Positions 47,001 through 57,388 of a DNA stretch of 64,000 nt are shown here, piece by piece (the first letter of the stretch is position 1; each line of letters opens with the position of its first letter). Where the stretch lies: positions 30,600-94,599 of the forward strand of contig NW_015164247.1 in NCBI RefSeq assembly GCF_001447785.1, read 5' to 3'. The notes under the pieces are model-generated. The model did not search any database. It had not been told where the DNA came from and was given only the letters and a program-made list of their open reading frames with translations. The DNA is from Gekko japonicus. Its lineage: Eukaryota. A program made the position numbers and the translations under genes.

Positions 47001-50000
47001 GGGACAGAGGGACTGTATCTGTTTACACCTCTCTTTTTTATTCCTTGCTAATCTGTTGCTGTGCTGAGAGTATGTGTGTGGATATTTTCTATTTAATAAA
47101 TTCTTTATCATTTTGAATTCTGGTAGTTCTTTGTATCACACAGACTTACACCGTTCAAAGATACTATTTAAAAATGGGGACCAGGAAAAGGGTGATGGTC
47201 AGTTGGCAAATTGCTTTGCAAGTGCTGTAAGTGCAAATTTGTTGAGTCTACCAATATTGCTGTAACATTCAGATTCTTAATAAGGCATATCGGTGCCTTA
47301 AGAATTGCTTTAGCAATGTGGCCCAATAAATACCTTGTTGGGCTGGTTTCTAAATAGAAACCAATTATTTTATATATTTCTATGAATGTTTTCCCCAAAA
47401 CTCTCACAACGGGATCTCTCAACCAAATATGTATAAATGTAACATCCTTCTTCTTAACATTTCCAACATATATATATATCACTTCAGACACTGTAGATAA
47501 TTCTCTGGGAGCACAATACCGTCTGAGAAACACCTTCAGAAAGTTTTTCTTAGACTTTACTGTTTTCAAATAGAGCCATTAGTAACACATTTTATATACA
47601 GTTGTTAAACTTTACCTAGCATTCTACATTATTTCCTAGCACAGATTAACAAATTATTATAGTATAATTTTTTGAGCCAGAACCCACTTTGTCAGATACA
47701 ATGCAGATATCAAGGAGAGCATAACTGGATGTCTCTAGAGGAAGGATTTTTTCAGGAGGGTTTTTGAATTATAATACTATTGAATAGTGATTCCACTGAT
47801 AGATTTTGCTATATTTATGTTTTATTTTCTACTGTTTTTCTATTTTAAAAATGTTTTTCCGATCTATTCTCTGCAACACAAAAGGGGTTGATATTATAAA
47901 CAGATAAAATAAAATGACCTGTTCTCTAAACTGAGGGAATTTTTTCTTTCTGAATCTGATTTTTCTTGTTTTTGACCAGGAGATCTCTTAAAAATTGGGT
48001 ACAAAGGCATCCATGGTTTTGTTATGCCCTTTTGTAAGTATACCATAATGTATATGCTCATTAAATTATATCTCTTCCTTATTGAAACTTCTGAATCTTA
48101 TTTGTGTCAATAGAATACTATTTAATGTTTATTATTCATCATCACCATCAACATACTTTTACGTACTTCAGTATACTTTCAAGTAAATGTGTTTGGAAGT
48201 ACAGATGTAAAATTCCTTGAAGCTTTATCTTTAACCGTGTGGGATTTTACTCTGCAAAACTGCAAGTGTTCTTTGTCTTTTTAGACCAGCAATTTTGATT
48301 CTGGCTATTACCCTTGTCTGCTGTGATCATGCCCGCAGAAAAGCTCCACTGAACTACATTTTGTTGTTAATATTTGTAAGTATATGCTGAACTTTATGTT
48401 CTGTATAAGGTACCATATCACTCAAAGCAGATTTATTATACGTGACAGGAATTTGGCCGGGATGTTCCTCCAGTGTGCAGTACTTCCTCCTTCAGATGAA
48501 TGGGAGAACAAATGAGCTGTCTTACCTAATGCACAGGTGTGCCCCATTTGTTGCAAAGAGTCCAGCCTTCTGGATTTGCTGAAGCTGGAGGCTGTTTATA
48601 TTCTAAATATGGTAACACAGGGCTGGAATACTCATCCTTGAACCGAGATCAGAAGAAACAGAGCAGTGTATGGGTGGGTTCGCTGCACAGAGAATTAAAA
48701 CTCAGAACAACAGTTATTCTGATATCTGTAATAATGAGAATCACACAAAGGATTTTATTATTCTGATATCTGTAATAATGAGAATCGCACATTTTTTTTG
48801 CAGTTCTGTTCAATCTTCTATAACATCATTTTACAAAACTTGTCACAGCAAATCTTATAAACATTCAACCTTTAGATCCATGCCCAGGGGTCTCCCCTTT
48901 TGCTTTTCGGAGACAGGAAGGGCAGGGAAGCTTTGCAGGCTGTCAGAACACTAGAGAACTTGTTTACCATAATGGCTGTGAATCAAAAAGCCTCTGAATC
49001 AAGATTCAAACCACCCACAAGCTTGCTAAGTGGCAAGTCCAACAGACCCAAATTGGGGGGGGGGATATTTTTTGCATACCACTATTCAGAGTGAGGTGAG
49101 GTGGGGGCGGGGCACATGACGAAGCCCCGCCCTTGCTTCCGGCCGCCCCGCTTCCAGCCCTCATTCAGCCAGGAGGAGGCAGGAGAAGAGGGAAGGTAAG
49201 TTGCTTCCTCCCCGCCTCTCCCCACCCCTGCCTGGGGCCAGGGAGGGCCTTGGCGGGGCTTCCTCACACTCCTGCTGGCCTTGCAGGTCCACCGCCGGGC
49301 CCCTGATGTCAGGGGGTGTGGCATATGCTAATGAGTTATGCTAATGAGTTCCCCTAGCTCTTTTTCTACGAAATGCCCCCTGCCACTATTTGATGTTTTG
49401 ATGTGTATGCAGACATGTGAATGGATGCAGAGAGAGCATTACAGAGCAAAACCCTGTCCACATTCTATGAGTTCCTACATGTATGTAATTTTTTCTATAT
49501 TATTTTATAGACAATTCTTGAGGGTATGTTTCTTGGATCAATTGCAAGGTAAGTTGGTGACTAAAATTTGAAGTGGTTGCATTGATGTAATTGTGCGTTT
49601 CACAGAAACATGTATGTATTCTTGCCTTTTAGCTTCTTTGATGCTGTTGGGGTAATGTGGGCTGTTGCTGTCACAGCGTTGGTTACATTGGGGCTTTGTC
49701 TTTTTGCTCTTCAGACAAAAGTAAGTACTCACTCATAAAGTGTGCTACACTTGCATTTGAAAATGTACCTCTGGGACAATTAAGGATTAAGGCTTGGGTC
49801 TGATTCATTTATTTGTTTCCGTTGTCGTCTGCCTTTCTCCCTGAGACTCAAGCCAGATTACAGAGTGTCGATAGGATCAACAGGAGAGGGTATCCCATTT
49901 GGATTGCAGAAATCTGAATACAAGCAGGAATCTGAAACAGATCTGAAACAAAGCATAAGCATTTAAACATGACACATTAAATGATACAGAAATTACATAG

Positions 50001-53000
50001 TAGGAACATATTTACAGCAACAGATGGTACGTGCTAAGTACAGTATAGGCTGCAGTCCCTATCCCTTTACCAAAGCATCTTTCTGAACCATTTCATTATA
50101 GTACAGACCTATTACCTGTGTAAGACAGGAGGGCCTGGCGTGATGTGGTCCATGGGGACGCAGAGTTGGACTCGACTGTGCAACTGAACAACAACAACAA
50201 CAACAACAACAACATTACCTGTGTAAAAAAGCCCTCCTAGATAATTAATTTTTGCAGAATTTGCATAAAGCTAGGACAATGAGAACCTTCTTGACCTCAC
50301 TGGGCAGGCTATTCCATAAGGTGGGGGCCAAAACAGAGAATACGCTCCGGCTAGCTCCCGATAGTAACCAAGCTGCAGCGTTGTCCACCACCTGGAATCT
50401 CCAAGTTGGCTTGTGGACATATGTGGAGTGCATTACAGTAGTCTAGCCTCAAACTGCACTGTAGACTGCATACTAAACAATGCACTAGGAAATTCTTTAG
50501 TATATATAGTTGCCAGTGTAACTCTACTTAGGACTGTACTGGTAAACTCTAAACTGGAAGCCTAGATACAGTCCACATCAGTGTGGATTCCTAAGCCAGC
50601 AGTTCTTGAAATCAAAGATGATCAATTTGATAGTGCTGCATATTTTTGGGCTGCAGAAATTTTCGTATTCACTAGTCCACAGTGGGCAAGGTTAACTTTT
50701 GTGTTAGCAACTCCTGGAGCAGCTTGGTGATGCCAGTTCCCTAGTATGCCAAGTTTTAGTAAACATTTTTTTATCCTTCCTCTGTGAGAGATTTTAACTT
50801 AACTGCTTTCTCACCAGATGCTCCCATGTGGTAAATTTAACTTCTCTTCTCAAGAAAAACCACTGCTTTAGGATATAGTGGATTTTGGATACTGAAGGAG
50901 TTTTCAAAGATGCTGCTAGAATGGACTCCCTTTCTCTCCTCAGACATTTGAAGCACTCTTTGGAGTGTATATTGAGTATAAAGTGGGAAAATACATTACT
51001 TTGGCACTTAGCTTGACGGGGAATACTTGACTGAGTTGGAACAGGGATCTGTTGTGCTAGGGGCAGCATTTCCAAGGCTGTTTTTCTCTCCCCCTCCCCC
51101 CCCCGAAAATGGAGAAATGATGAAATTATCTTGGTGAATCTATATTTTGTATGAGGTCTAGAGGATTTCCCCCTTCCAGAGATCCATAATAGGGATGCCT
51201 GCCCCGATAATTATGCTTTCATATCTGTGGTTCTCTCCGCTGGTTCCTATGCAGGGGGAATGGCACCAGACACTGGCATTTGGGGGGGGGGGAAACTGTC
51301 TGTATTCATTTTCTTATTATTACAGTGACTGACTTAAAAAATTACCTTTCTGCTGAAAACTGCATTTGCCATGCTTTGTTGTTGTGGTCAGTCTGTTCCT
51401 TGTTTCTTTTCACAGAGTGAGGAAGGAGGGACTCCTGTGTAATTCTGTAGTTAATTAGGGTTAAAAACCCCATTTAATGTCATTACTTCTCATAGACAAA
51501 GTCTTCTGGGGTAACCATTTCACTTTCACTGGCGAAAGTGCTTGAAGTTAGAGCATATCAGTCTTATGGAAGGATTTTTCACTGCTGTACCTGATCACGA
51601 TGTGCAGTTACATTTCCACTATATCAAGTACTGGGTGAATAAGCTGAAATAGCCTTACTTTGAAACCTGTTATTTAGTTCATTCTTTGTGACCAAATGTA
51701 ATACATTGAAGGGGGGACTCCTTCGGGGGCGGGGTGGAGTGCTGATTCCCATGTATACCTTTGGGTAGAGAAATTTGTAATGCACAACCCTAGTCCGTAG
51801 TACAGAGGTACAAAGAGGTATTATAATATCTGTATGGTGAGAAGTTCTAATTCCAGTCTTGTTTCTCTCTTTAGTGGGACCTCACCATCACATCTGGAGT
51901 CCTGCTGGCTATGTTTATTGTGTTTCTCACTTCTGGAATACTTTTTGCCATCCTGCAAACCAAGGCAAGGAAAGCACTTTTACTTGTGACTTTTTGGTTG
52001 TTGCTGCATTTAAAGACCTTTGTTCTTTTCAAAGTTTGTTCTATGCTGGTCTTTTCAGACACAGACTTTTCCCCACTTAAAATCTAGGTAGGACTCAAGT
52101 AACTTTATTCTTTCGTGCCAGTCTTTATCCAAACTGCACTGTAAAAGTTTTATTCTGTTATATTGGCATCTGATTTTATAAATGAAACTGAACCCACCTT
52201 CAGTTCTGTTGAACTGCCATGAATCAAAAGGGATGGCGCTTTATAAGAGTAACAAGCAAAAAAGACACGGCCTGAGGAGGTTACAGTGTACAGTTCAATA
52301 CAACGGGTGGTGGTGGGGGCAACAGGAGAGGAAGATGGGGATGAAGATAATAAAGGAAGAATATGTATTCCAGTTTAGGTTTAATTTCAGTGGCTTCAGT
52401 GTTCTGGGACGAAGCTCCAGGTATAAAGAGCAGCATAATTTAAGAGAGAGGGACAAGCTGATCAACAATGGCAGAGCATAGGTGTATAATGGTATACAGG
52501 GGTTGAAAGAAACACCAGCTGCTGTGGGGGTGGGCAACAGGGGCTAACTGTGGACTCTGTGCCCGACTTGTAAACATTCTAGGAACATCTGGATGGTTGA
52601 AGCAGGAAACAGGATACTAGACTAGATGTCTCTTTGGTCTGATTCAAGTAGGGCTCATCTTATGAGAACTGAAGTTTCTTCCTCTGGAAATGTTGAATGA
52701 TAAGCATAAACAGGTAGGACAGAGGCCTAGATCATGAAGGAAGCCCAAGCAGCAAAACATCATCAGCTATATCAAAGTCAGCACATAAATTGAGGATGAT
52801 TTATTTATTTTATACCCGGCCCTCCCCACGAAGCAGGCTCAGGGCGGCTTACAGAATTTGATAGATAAATAACAGTTAAAACAATCTAAAAACAGTTCAG
52901 TTAAACAAATTCAATATTGTAAAGTGCTGGCGATAATTGAGATTGTTGGTGGTAATAGTGGTGGTGGCTCCTTAGTTGAAAGCCTGATGGAAGAGCTCCA

Positions 53001-56000
53001 TCTTACAGGCCCTGCGGAACTATAAAAGATCCCGCAGGGCCTCTGATCTCTTCTGGGAGCTCATTCCACCAGTATGGAGCTGCCACTGAGAAGGCCCTGG
53101 TGCTGGCAGTAGCCAGTCTGGCATCCTTGGGCCCTGGGAGTCTCTGGGGTATGTATGGGGAAAGGCGGTCCCTTGGGTATGTTGGACCCTGGCCATATAG
53201 GGCTTTAAAGGTAAGAACCAGCACCTTGAAGCAAATTCGGTGTGCTATTGGCAGCCAGTGCAATGTCTTCAGCACAGGTTGGATGTGCTCCCACATGGGG
53301 AGGCCCATCAAGAGCCTGGCTGCTGCATTCTGCACTAGCTGCAGCTTCTGAATTTGTGACAAAGGCAGCCCTATGTAGAGAGTGTTACAGTAGTCTAGTC
53401 TTGAGGTGACCATCATATGGAACACTGTTGCCAAGTTATTGCAGTCGAGGAAGGGAACCAACTGTCTAATCAGCCGAAGATGGTAGAAGGCTGCCTTGGC
53501 GATGGCTGCTACCTGGGCCTCCATTGTTAAGAAGGCAACCAAGAGCACTCCCATGCTCCTAACCTCTGGCACCAGCACCAGGGGCGCCCCATCAAAGGTC
53601 AGGAGTGGGATCCCTACCCCCGAACTGCCCTGGCTCAGGCACAGGACCTCCGTCTTCATCGGATTCAGTCTAAGCCAACCAGCCACGGCTTGTAACACCT
53701 GGTCCAGTTCTTCTTGTCTGGAGTTGGACCAGCCGCCCAACATCAGATAGAGTTGGGTGTCATCATTGTACTGGTGACATCCCAGCCCATGTTAAATAGC
53801 ATCAGGGAGAGCACTGCCCCTTGAGGCACTCCACAATCCAGTGGGTGACTTCTGGACTGCTGTTTCCCTAGTGCCACCCTTTTGTCCCCTACCTTGGAGA
53901 AAGGAAGCGAGCCATTGCAAGGCAAGCCCCTGAATTCCTATGTCGGCGAGGTGGTGGATCAGTAACTGATAGTTGACCATGTTGAACGCCGCTGACAGGT
54001 CCAACAGCAACAGCACTGCTGATCCGCCCCGATCCAGATGCCTCCGGAGGTCATCCATGAGGGCAACCAGTGCCGTCTCCGTCCCATGATCAGGGCAAAA
54101 GCCAGACTGGAAGGGGTCTAAGATGGAAGCGTCATCCAAAAAACCTTGTAGCTAGATCACCACTGCCCTCTCTATTATTTTGCCCAAATAGGGCAAATTG
54201 GAGACCGGCTGGTAGTTGGCCAATTCAGCCGGGTCCAAAGACGTTTTCTTCAGGAGAGGGCGGACCACTGCTTCCTTAAGCACCCCAGGGAACTGTCCCT
54301 CTATGAGGGACTTGTTGATAATCTCCCTTAAGGTGCCTTGAAACCCATCGCGGCCTGCTTTAATCAGCCACGACGGGCACAGATCAAGGGAGCATGTGGT
54401 AGGGCAAACAGCTAGGAGCAATTTGTCAACTTCCTCTAGGCTGAACGGATTGAAATGATCCAAAACCTGACTAGAAGACGTGCATGGAGCCTTGAATTCA
54501 CTCACTGTTTCAACTGTGGCGGGGAGGTCGCAGTGGAGCGACAAGACTTCATCTGCGAAATAGCTCAGAAATGCCTCACAGCCTATATCCAACCCCCTAG
54601 CATTTAGTCTGCCCTGTGGCAGTACAGTTATAGACCGAATTGTTCTAAATAATTGGGCTGGGCGAGAGCTCGCAGATGCAATTGTAGCCGTATAGTACTC
54701 TCTCTTTGCGGGTTTGATTGTCATCTCATAGAATCTCATAAATGTCCTATAAGATGCTCGTGTAGCTTCGTCTCGAGTGCGGTGCTCGACAAAGCAGACT
54801 TTTTAGTTTGACATTAAGAATGTTTTTAAGTATTTTGGTGATAGCAGTATTGCATGGAGGGTAGGAGCCAGATTATAGTTCAGCATAGGAGTTGCAAGTG
54901 AGAAAATAAAGACAGCAATACATTCCAGGTGAAGGTTAGCAAGGAGATCAGAGGGTAATAGAATGGCTGGAGGAATTGTGGCTCAGTGGTAGAGCATCTG
55001 CTTGGCATGCAGAAGGTCCCAGGTTCAGTCCCTGGCATCTCCAGTTAAAAGGTCCACGAACTAAGTGATGTGAAAGACCTCATCCTGAGATCCTGCAGAG
55101 CTGCTGCCAGACAGAGTAAACACGGGTGGACAAATGGTCTGATTCAGTATAAGGTAGCTTAACGTGTGACAGGATGGATAAATGGACTTACTGCGGGGTC
55201 ATGTGCATTTAGGTATAGTACCTGGCATACTGTTGGCACTGAGAAAATTTGTATAGTGTTTTGAAAAGTTTTTAATACAAAAATTTACTATTGGTTTATT
55301 GGAAAGCATATGATTATTAGTGACTAAAAGGGGTCTGATGCTGTCAGATATGGGATTAATGAAAATCCTTGGTTTAATATATTACTAGCATTTTCCTGTT
55401 GTTTGAAGACAGTGTGGATCCTAAAATGCATGAACCATTTTTGCTTCTCACTAATTGTAAACTCTGCTTTTGCAGTTGCTGATAATATTATATGCTGCAG
55501 CTGGAGCTTTACTTTTTGCCATCGTAAGTCTTCTCTACTTTTTCTTCACCTTAAAGAAAATGGGAGACTGAATTTACCGGGATACTCCATACTTTTTATT
55601 TATTTGCAGCACAGAGTATTAAGGCAGAAAGAAAAAAATAGTGCCTATTCAGGGATAATTATTTTCCTCTGAACTGAATTCTGAAGAGGGCCACTGATTA
55701 AGTAGTTAAAAAATTATTTACTAACAATTGGACCAATCATTAACATTTTAAGACAAAAAGGGTTTCTAGAATGAAATCACTTCTTCTTGGTGCCAGTATG
55801 ATATTAGAGATATTGAAGTCAAAGGCCAGTGCCCAGAGCTGTTTCTAAAACAAATAATTGTTTAAAAAGCTTGTCTTGCAGAAGGTTTTCACTTTCATAT
55901 TTCTGGTGCTGTTGTTTCTACCAGACTCTTTTTGAGCATTAAATCTCCATTTCATACAAATTGTTACAAACTGTTATTAGAGTTAAAATAAAAAGCAGCT

Positions 56001-56377
56001 TCTTTTTCTCACTGAATACATTATACGGGGAGCCATCTTTTCCCATGATCCTAACGCAAAGATAAAAGCTGGCAACAGAGGTAAAGCAATGGGAAGGAGT
56101 AGGGCAGGAACACAAGTTGTCTTACAAAACTGTTTTCAGCACAAGTAACATTCACAAGTAGATATTATAAAACTGGTAGCAGATTGTGAAACTTGCATTT
56201 TTATTTTGTTTTGTGGTTCTTTTAAAGTATCTGGTGGTGGATACTCAGTTAATGCTGGGAAAGACGCACCGCTACACACTGAATCCTGATGACTACATTT
56301 TTGCAGTACTGAATGTCTACATTGACATTATCAATATGTGGCTATTCATACTACAATTTGTTGGTTTTGTGAAGTAA
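43676..56377 (+). CDS. TMBIM7: Lifeguard-family transmembrane BAX-inhibitor-motif protein (TMBIM7/LFG5 by synteny), 9 coding exons, about 322 aa
   Basis: Exons 43676-44006, 44413-44491, 47980-48033, 48285-48375, 49511-49548, 49633-49720, 51875-51964, 55476-55523, 56228-56377 (969 nt, open). Motifs IRRGFIRKVY, RRKAPLNYILL, FALQTKWDLT, YLVVDTQLMLG, PDDYIFAVLNVYIDIIN. Lies between GATAD1 and ANKIB1, like human TMBIM7P. Start codon uncertain. Confidence 0.88.
44413..44491 (+). CDS. TMBIM7: TMBIM7 exon (TM1)
   Basis: ctag|FIRKVYLILTIQLGLTVGIICLFIY|gtatgt. Confidence 0.9.
45075..46010 (-). mobile_element. CR1 LINE 3' fragments (two, adjacent or nested)
   Basis: RTWGHPIKL...LHNSLPQDV motif and cataagaacataag tail at 45675. 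Confidence 0.75.
46720..47150 (+). mobile_element. Probable Gypsy-type solo LTR (5' end unclear)
   Basis: TATA-like ataaaa, later AATAAA, terminal ...CTTACA; followed by an L1 remnant to about 47670. Confidence 0.4.
47980..48033 (+). CDS. TMBIM7: TMBIM7 exon
   Basis: accag|RSLKNWVQRHPWFCYAL|gtaagt. Confidence 0.88.
48285..48375 (+). CDS. TMBIM7: TMBIM7 exon
   Basis: ttag|PAILILAITLVCCDHARRKAPLNYILLLIF|gtaagt. Confidence 0.9.
49511..49548 (+). CDS. TMBIM7: TMBIM7 exon
   Basis: tatag|TILEGMFLGSIA|gtaagt. Confidence 0.88.
49633..49720 (+). CDS. TMBIM7: TMBIM7 exon
   Basis: ttag|FFDAVGVMWAVAVTALVTLGLCLFALQTK|gtaagt. Confidence 0.9.
50124..50213 (+). mobile_element. 5'-truncated BovB 3' tail
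   Basis: gacaggagggcctggcgtg...ctgaac(aac)n with 13-bp TSD ATTACCTGTGTAA. Confidence 0.88.
51875..51964 (+). CDS. TMBIM7: TMBIM7 exon with probable GC donor
   Basis: ttag|WDLTITSGVLLAMFIVFLTSGILFAILQTK|gcaagg. Confidence 0.82.
52185..52665 (+). mobile_element. CR1 LINE 3' fragment
   Basis: Degenerate CR1 3' UTR ending ggctcatcttatg. Confidence 0.5.
52800..54785 (-). mobile_element. L2-type LINE, frameshifted reverse transcriptase region to 3' end
   Basis: ORFs 54739-54152 (NYQPVSNLPYLGKIIE), 54139-53792 (FQSGF..GTETAL..LLDLSAAF), 53743-53003 (SRLDYCN..QLVQNAAAR). Confidence 0.93.
54971..55160 (+). mobile_element. tRNA-derived SINE
   Basis: tggctcagtggtagag...ggttcagtccctggcatctcca A/B-box head followed by a SINE body. 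Confidence 0.8.
55476..55523 (+). CDS. TMBIM7: TMBIM7 exon
   Basis: tgcag|LLIILYAAAGALLFAI|gtaagt. Confidence 0.88.
56228..56377 (+). CDS. TMBIM7: TMBIM7 terminal exon
   Basis: taaag|YLVVDTQLMLGKTHRYTLNPDDYIFAVLNVYIDIINMWLFILQFVGFVK then TAA. Confidence 0.92.
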   Translation, partial: YLVVDTQLMLGKTHRYTLNPDDYIFAVLNVYIDIINMWLFILQFVGFVK

Positions 56378-56810
56378 GAAGAATGACACATGTAGGCTGA
56401 GATGGTGCAGAAGCCCAAAGAGCATTTCTAGAAAAGAAAAGAAAATTAAAGCATCATGAAGTATGCCGAGGGAGCAACCACGGTCAGTCTACTGTAGCTA
56501 GGTATTAAAGATAGCACTAACTTAATCATATTTGTAACACAATTCTGCTGAACTTCTTGCAAATACAGTTTAAATTGGAATATCTCAGAGTTTCTGTAGT
56601 AGTGTACATGTTTGGATGTTAAAACACTTCAGTGCAATTTGAATTAATGTTTTGTAGACAGCTTCAACATTTTATTGACTACATTGTTCCAACTCTAAGG
56701 TACTTTTTCAGTTCCTCTGAGGAGATTATAACATTTGTTGACAAAGGACAGATGTTTGATCTTTGAAAAGAACTTTTTATCCTACTTTTCAATCAGAACT
56801 GACAAAAACC

Positions 56811-56816
56811 AATAAA
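56811..56816 (+). terminator. Candidate polyadenylation signal of TMBIM7
   Basis: AATAAA about 430 nt after the stop codon. Confidence 0.5.
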
Positions 56817-57024
56817 AATGTTGCTCAGGAGAATTGGATCCAGAAAGTCTTTCTTTAAAAAATTTCTTCCTCCTAGCTGTCCTACGCCCCATCAATTGCC
56901 ATGGAAAGCTGGAGGAATGTGGGCCCGTCTGGTGAAACCCTGCTTGTCCTCTTCTTGCCCCTACTAGTGGCAGTTGTAAGTTGGAGGGATCTCAGGTAGA
57001 CCTGGATCCAACCATAGGTCAAAG

Positions 57025-57388
57025 CAAGAGCCCCCAAACTTTGTGAGCCTGTGGGCACCTTTGGAATTCTGCCACAGGGTGGCACAAAATGGCTACCACA
57101 GGAGGCAGGGCCAGCTACAAAATGACTGCTGCAGGAGACTGCGCCACACACAGAGGAAGTCGAAGTGCAGGGGAAAAGGCGGGTAATTTTAAAGATACAC
57201 TAGGAAAGAGCCCTGTGAAATCAGCCCTGTGGTGGCAGCTGGCACAGAGACATTTTAATCTGCACAGCCAGATCTCCACTGGCCAGTCAGAAGTTGTGCT
57301 GGGCAAGTGCTGCACCTGATTCTGCCCACTTTCTAAAAACACTTGGTGGGTACCACAGCTCCCATGGGCACCATGTTGGGGACCCCTG
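57025..57388. mobile_element. hAT (Charlie-like) MITE
   Basis: Ends CAAGAGCCCCCAAAC / GTTGGGGACCCCTG with degenerate 8-bp TSD GGTCAAAG / GTTCAGAG. Confidence 0.6.

Noticed and set aside
54971-55045. tRNA-Ala-like sequence
   Set aside because: The acceptor stem and T-loop are degenerate and the sequence continues into a SINE body; it is a SINE head, not a tRNA gene.
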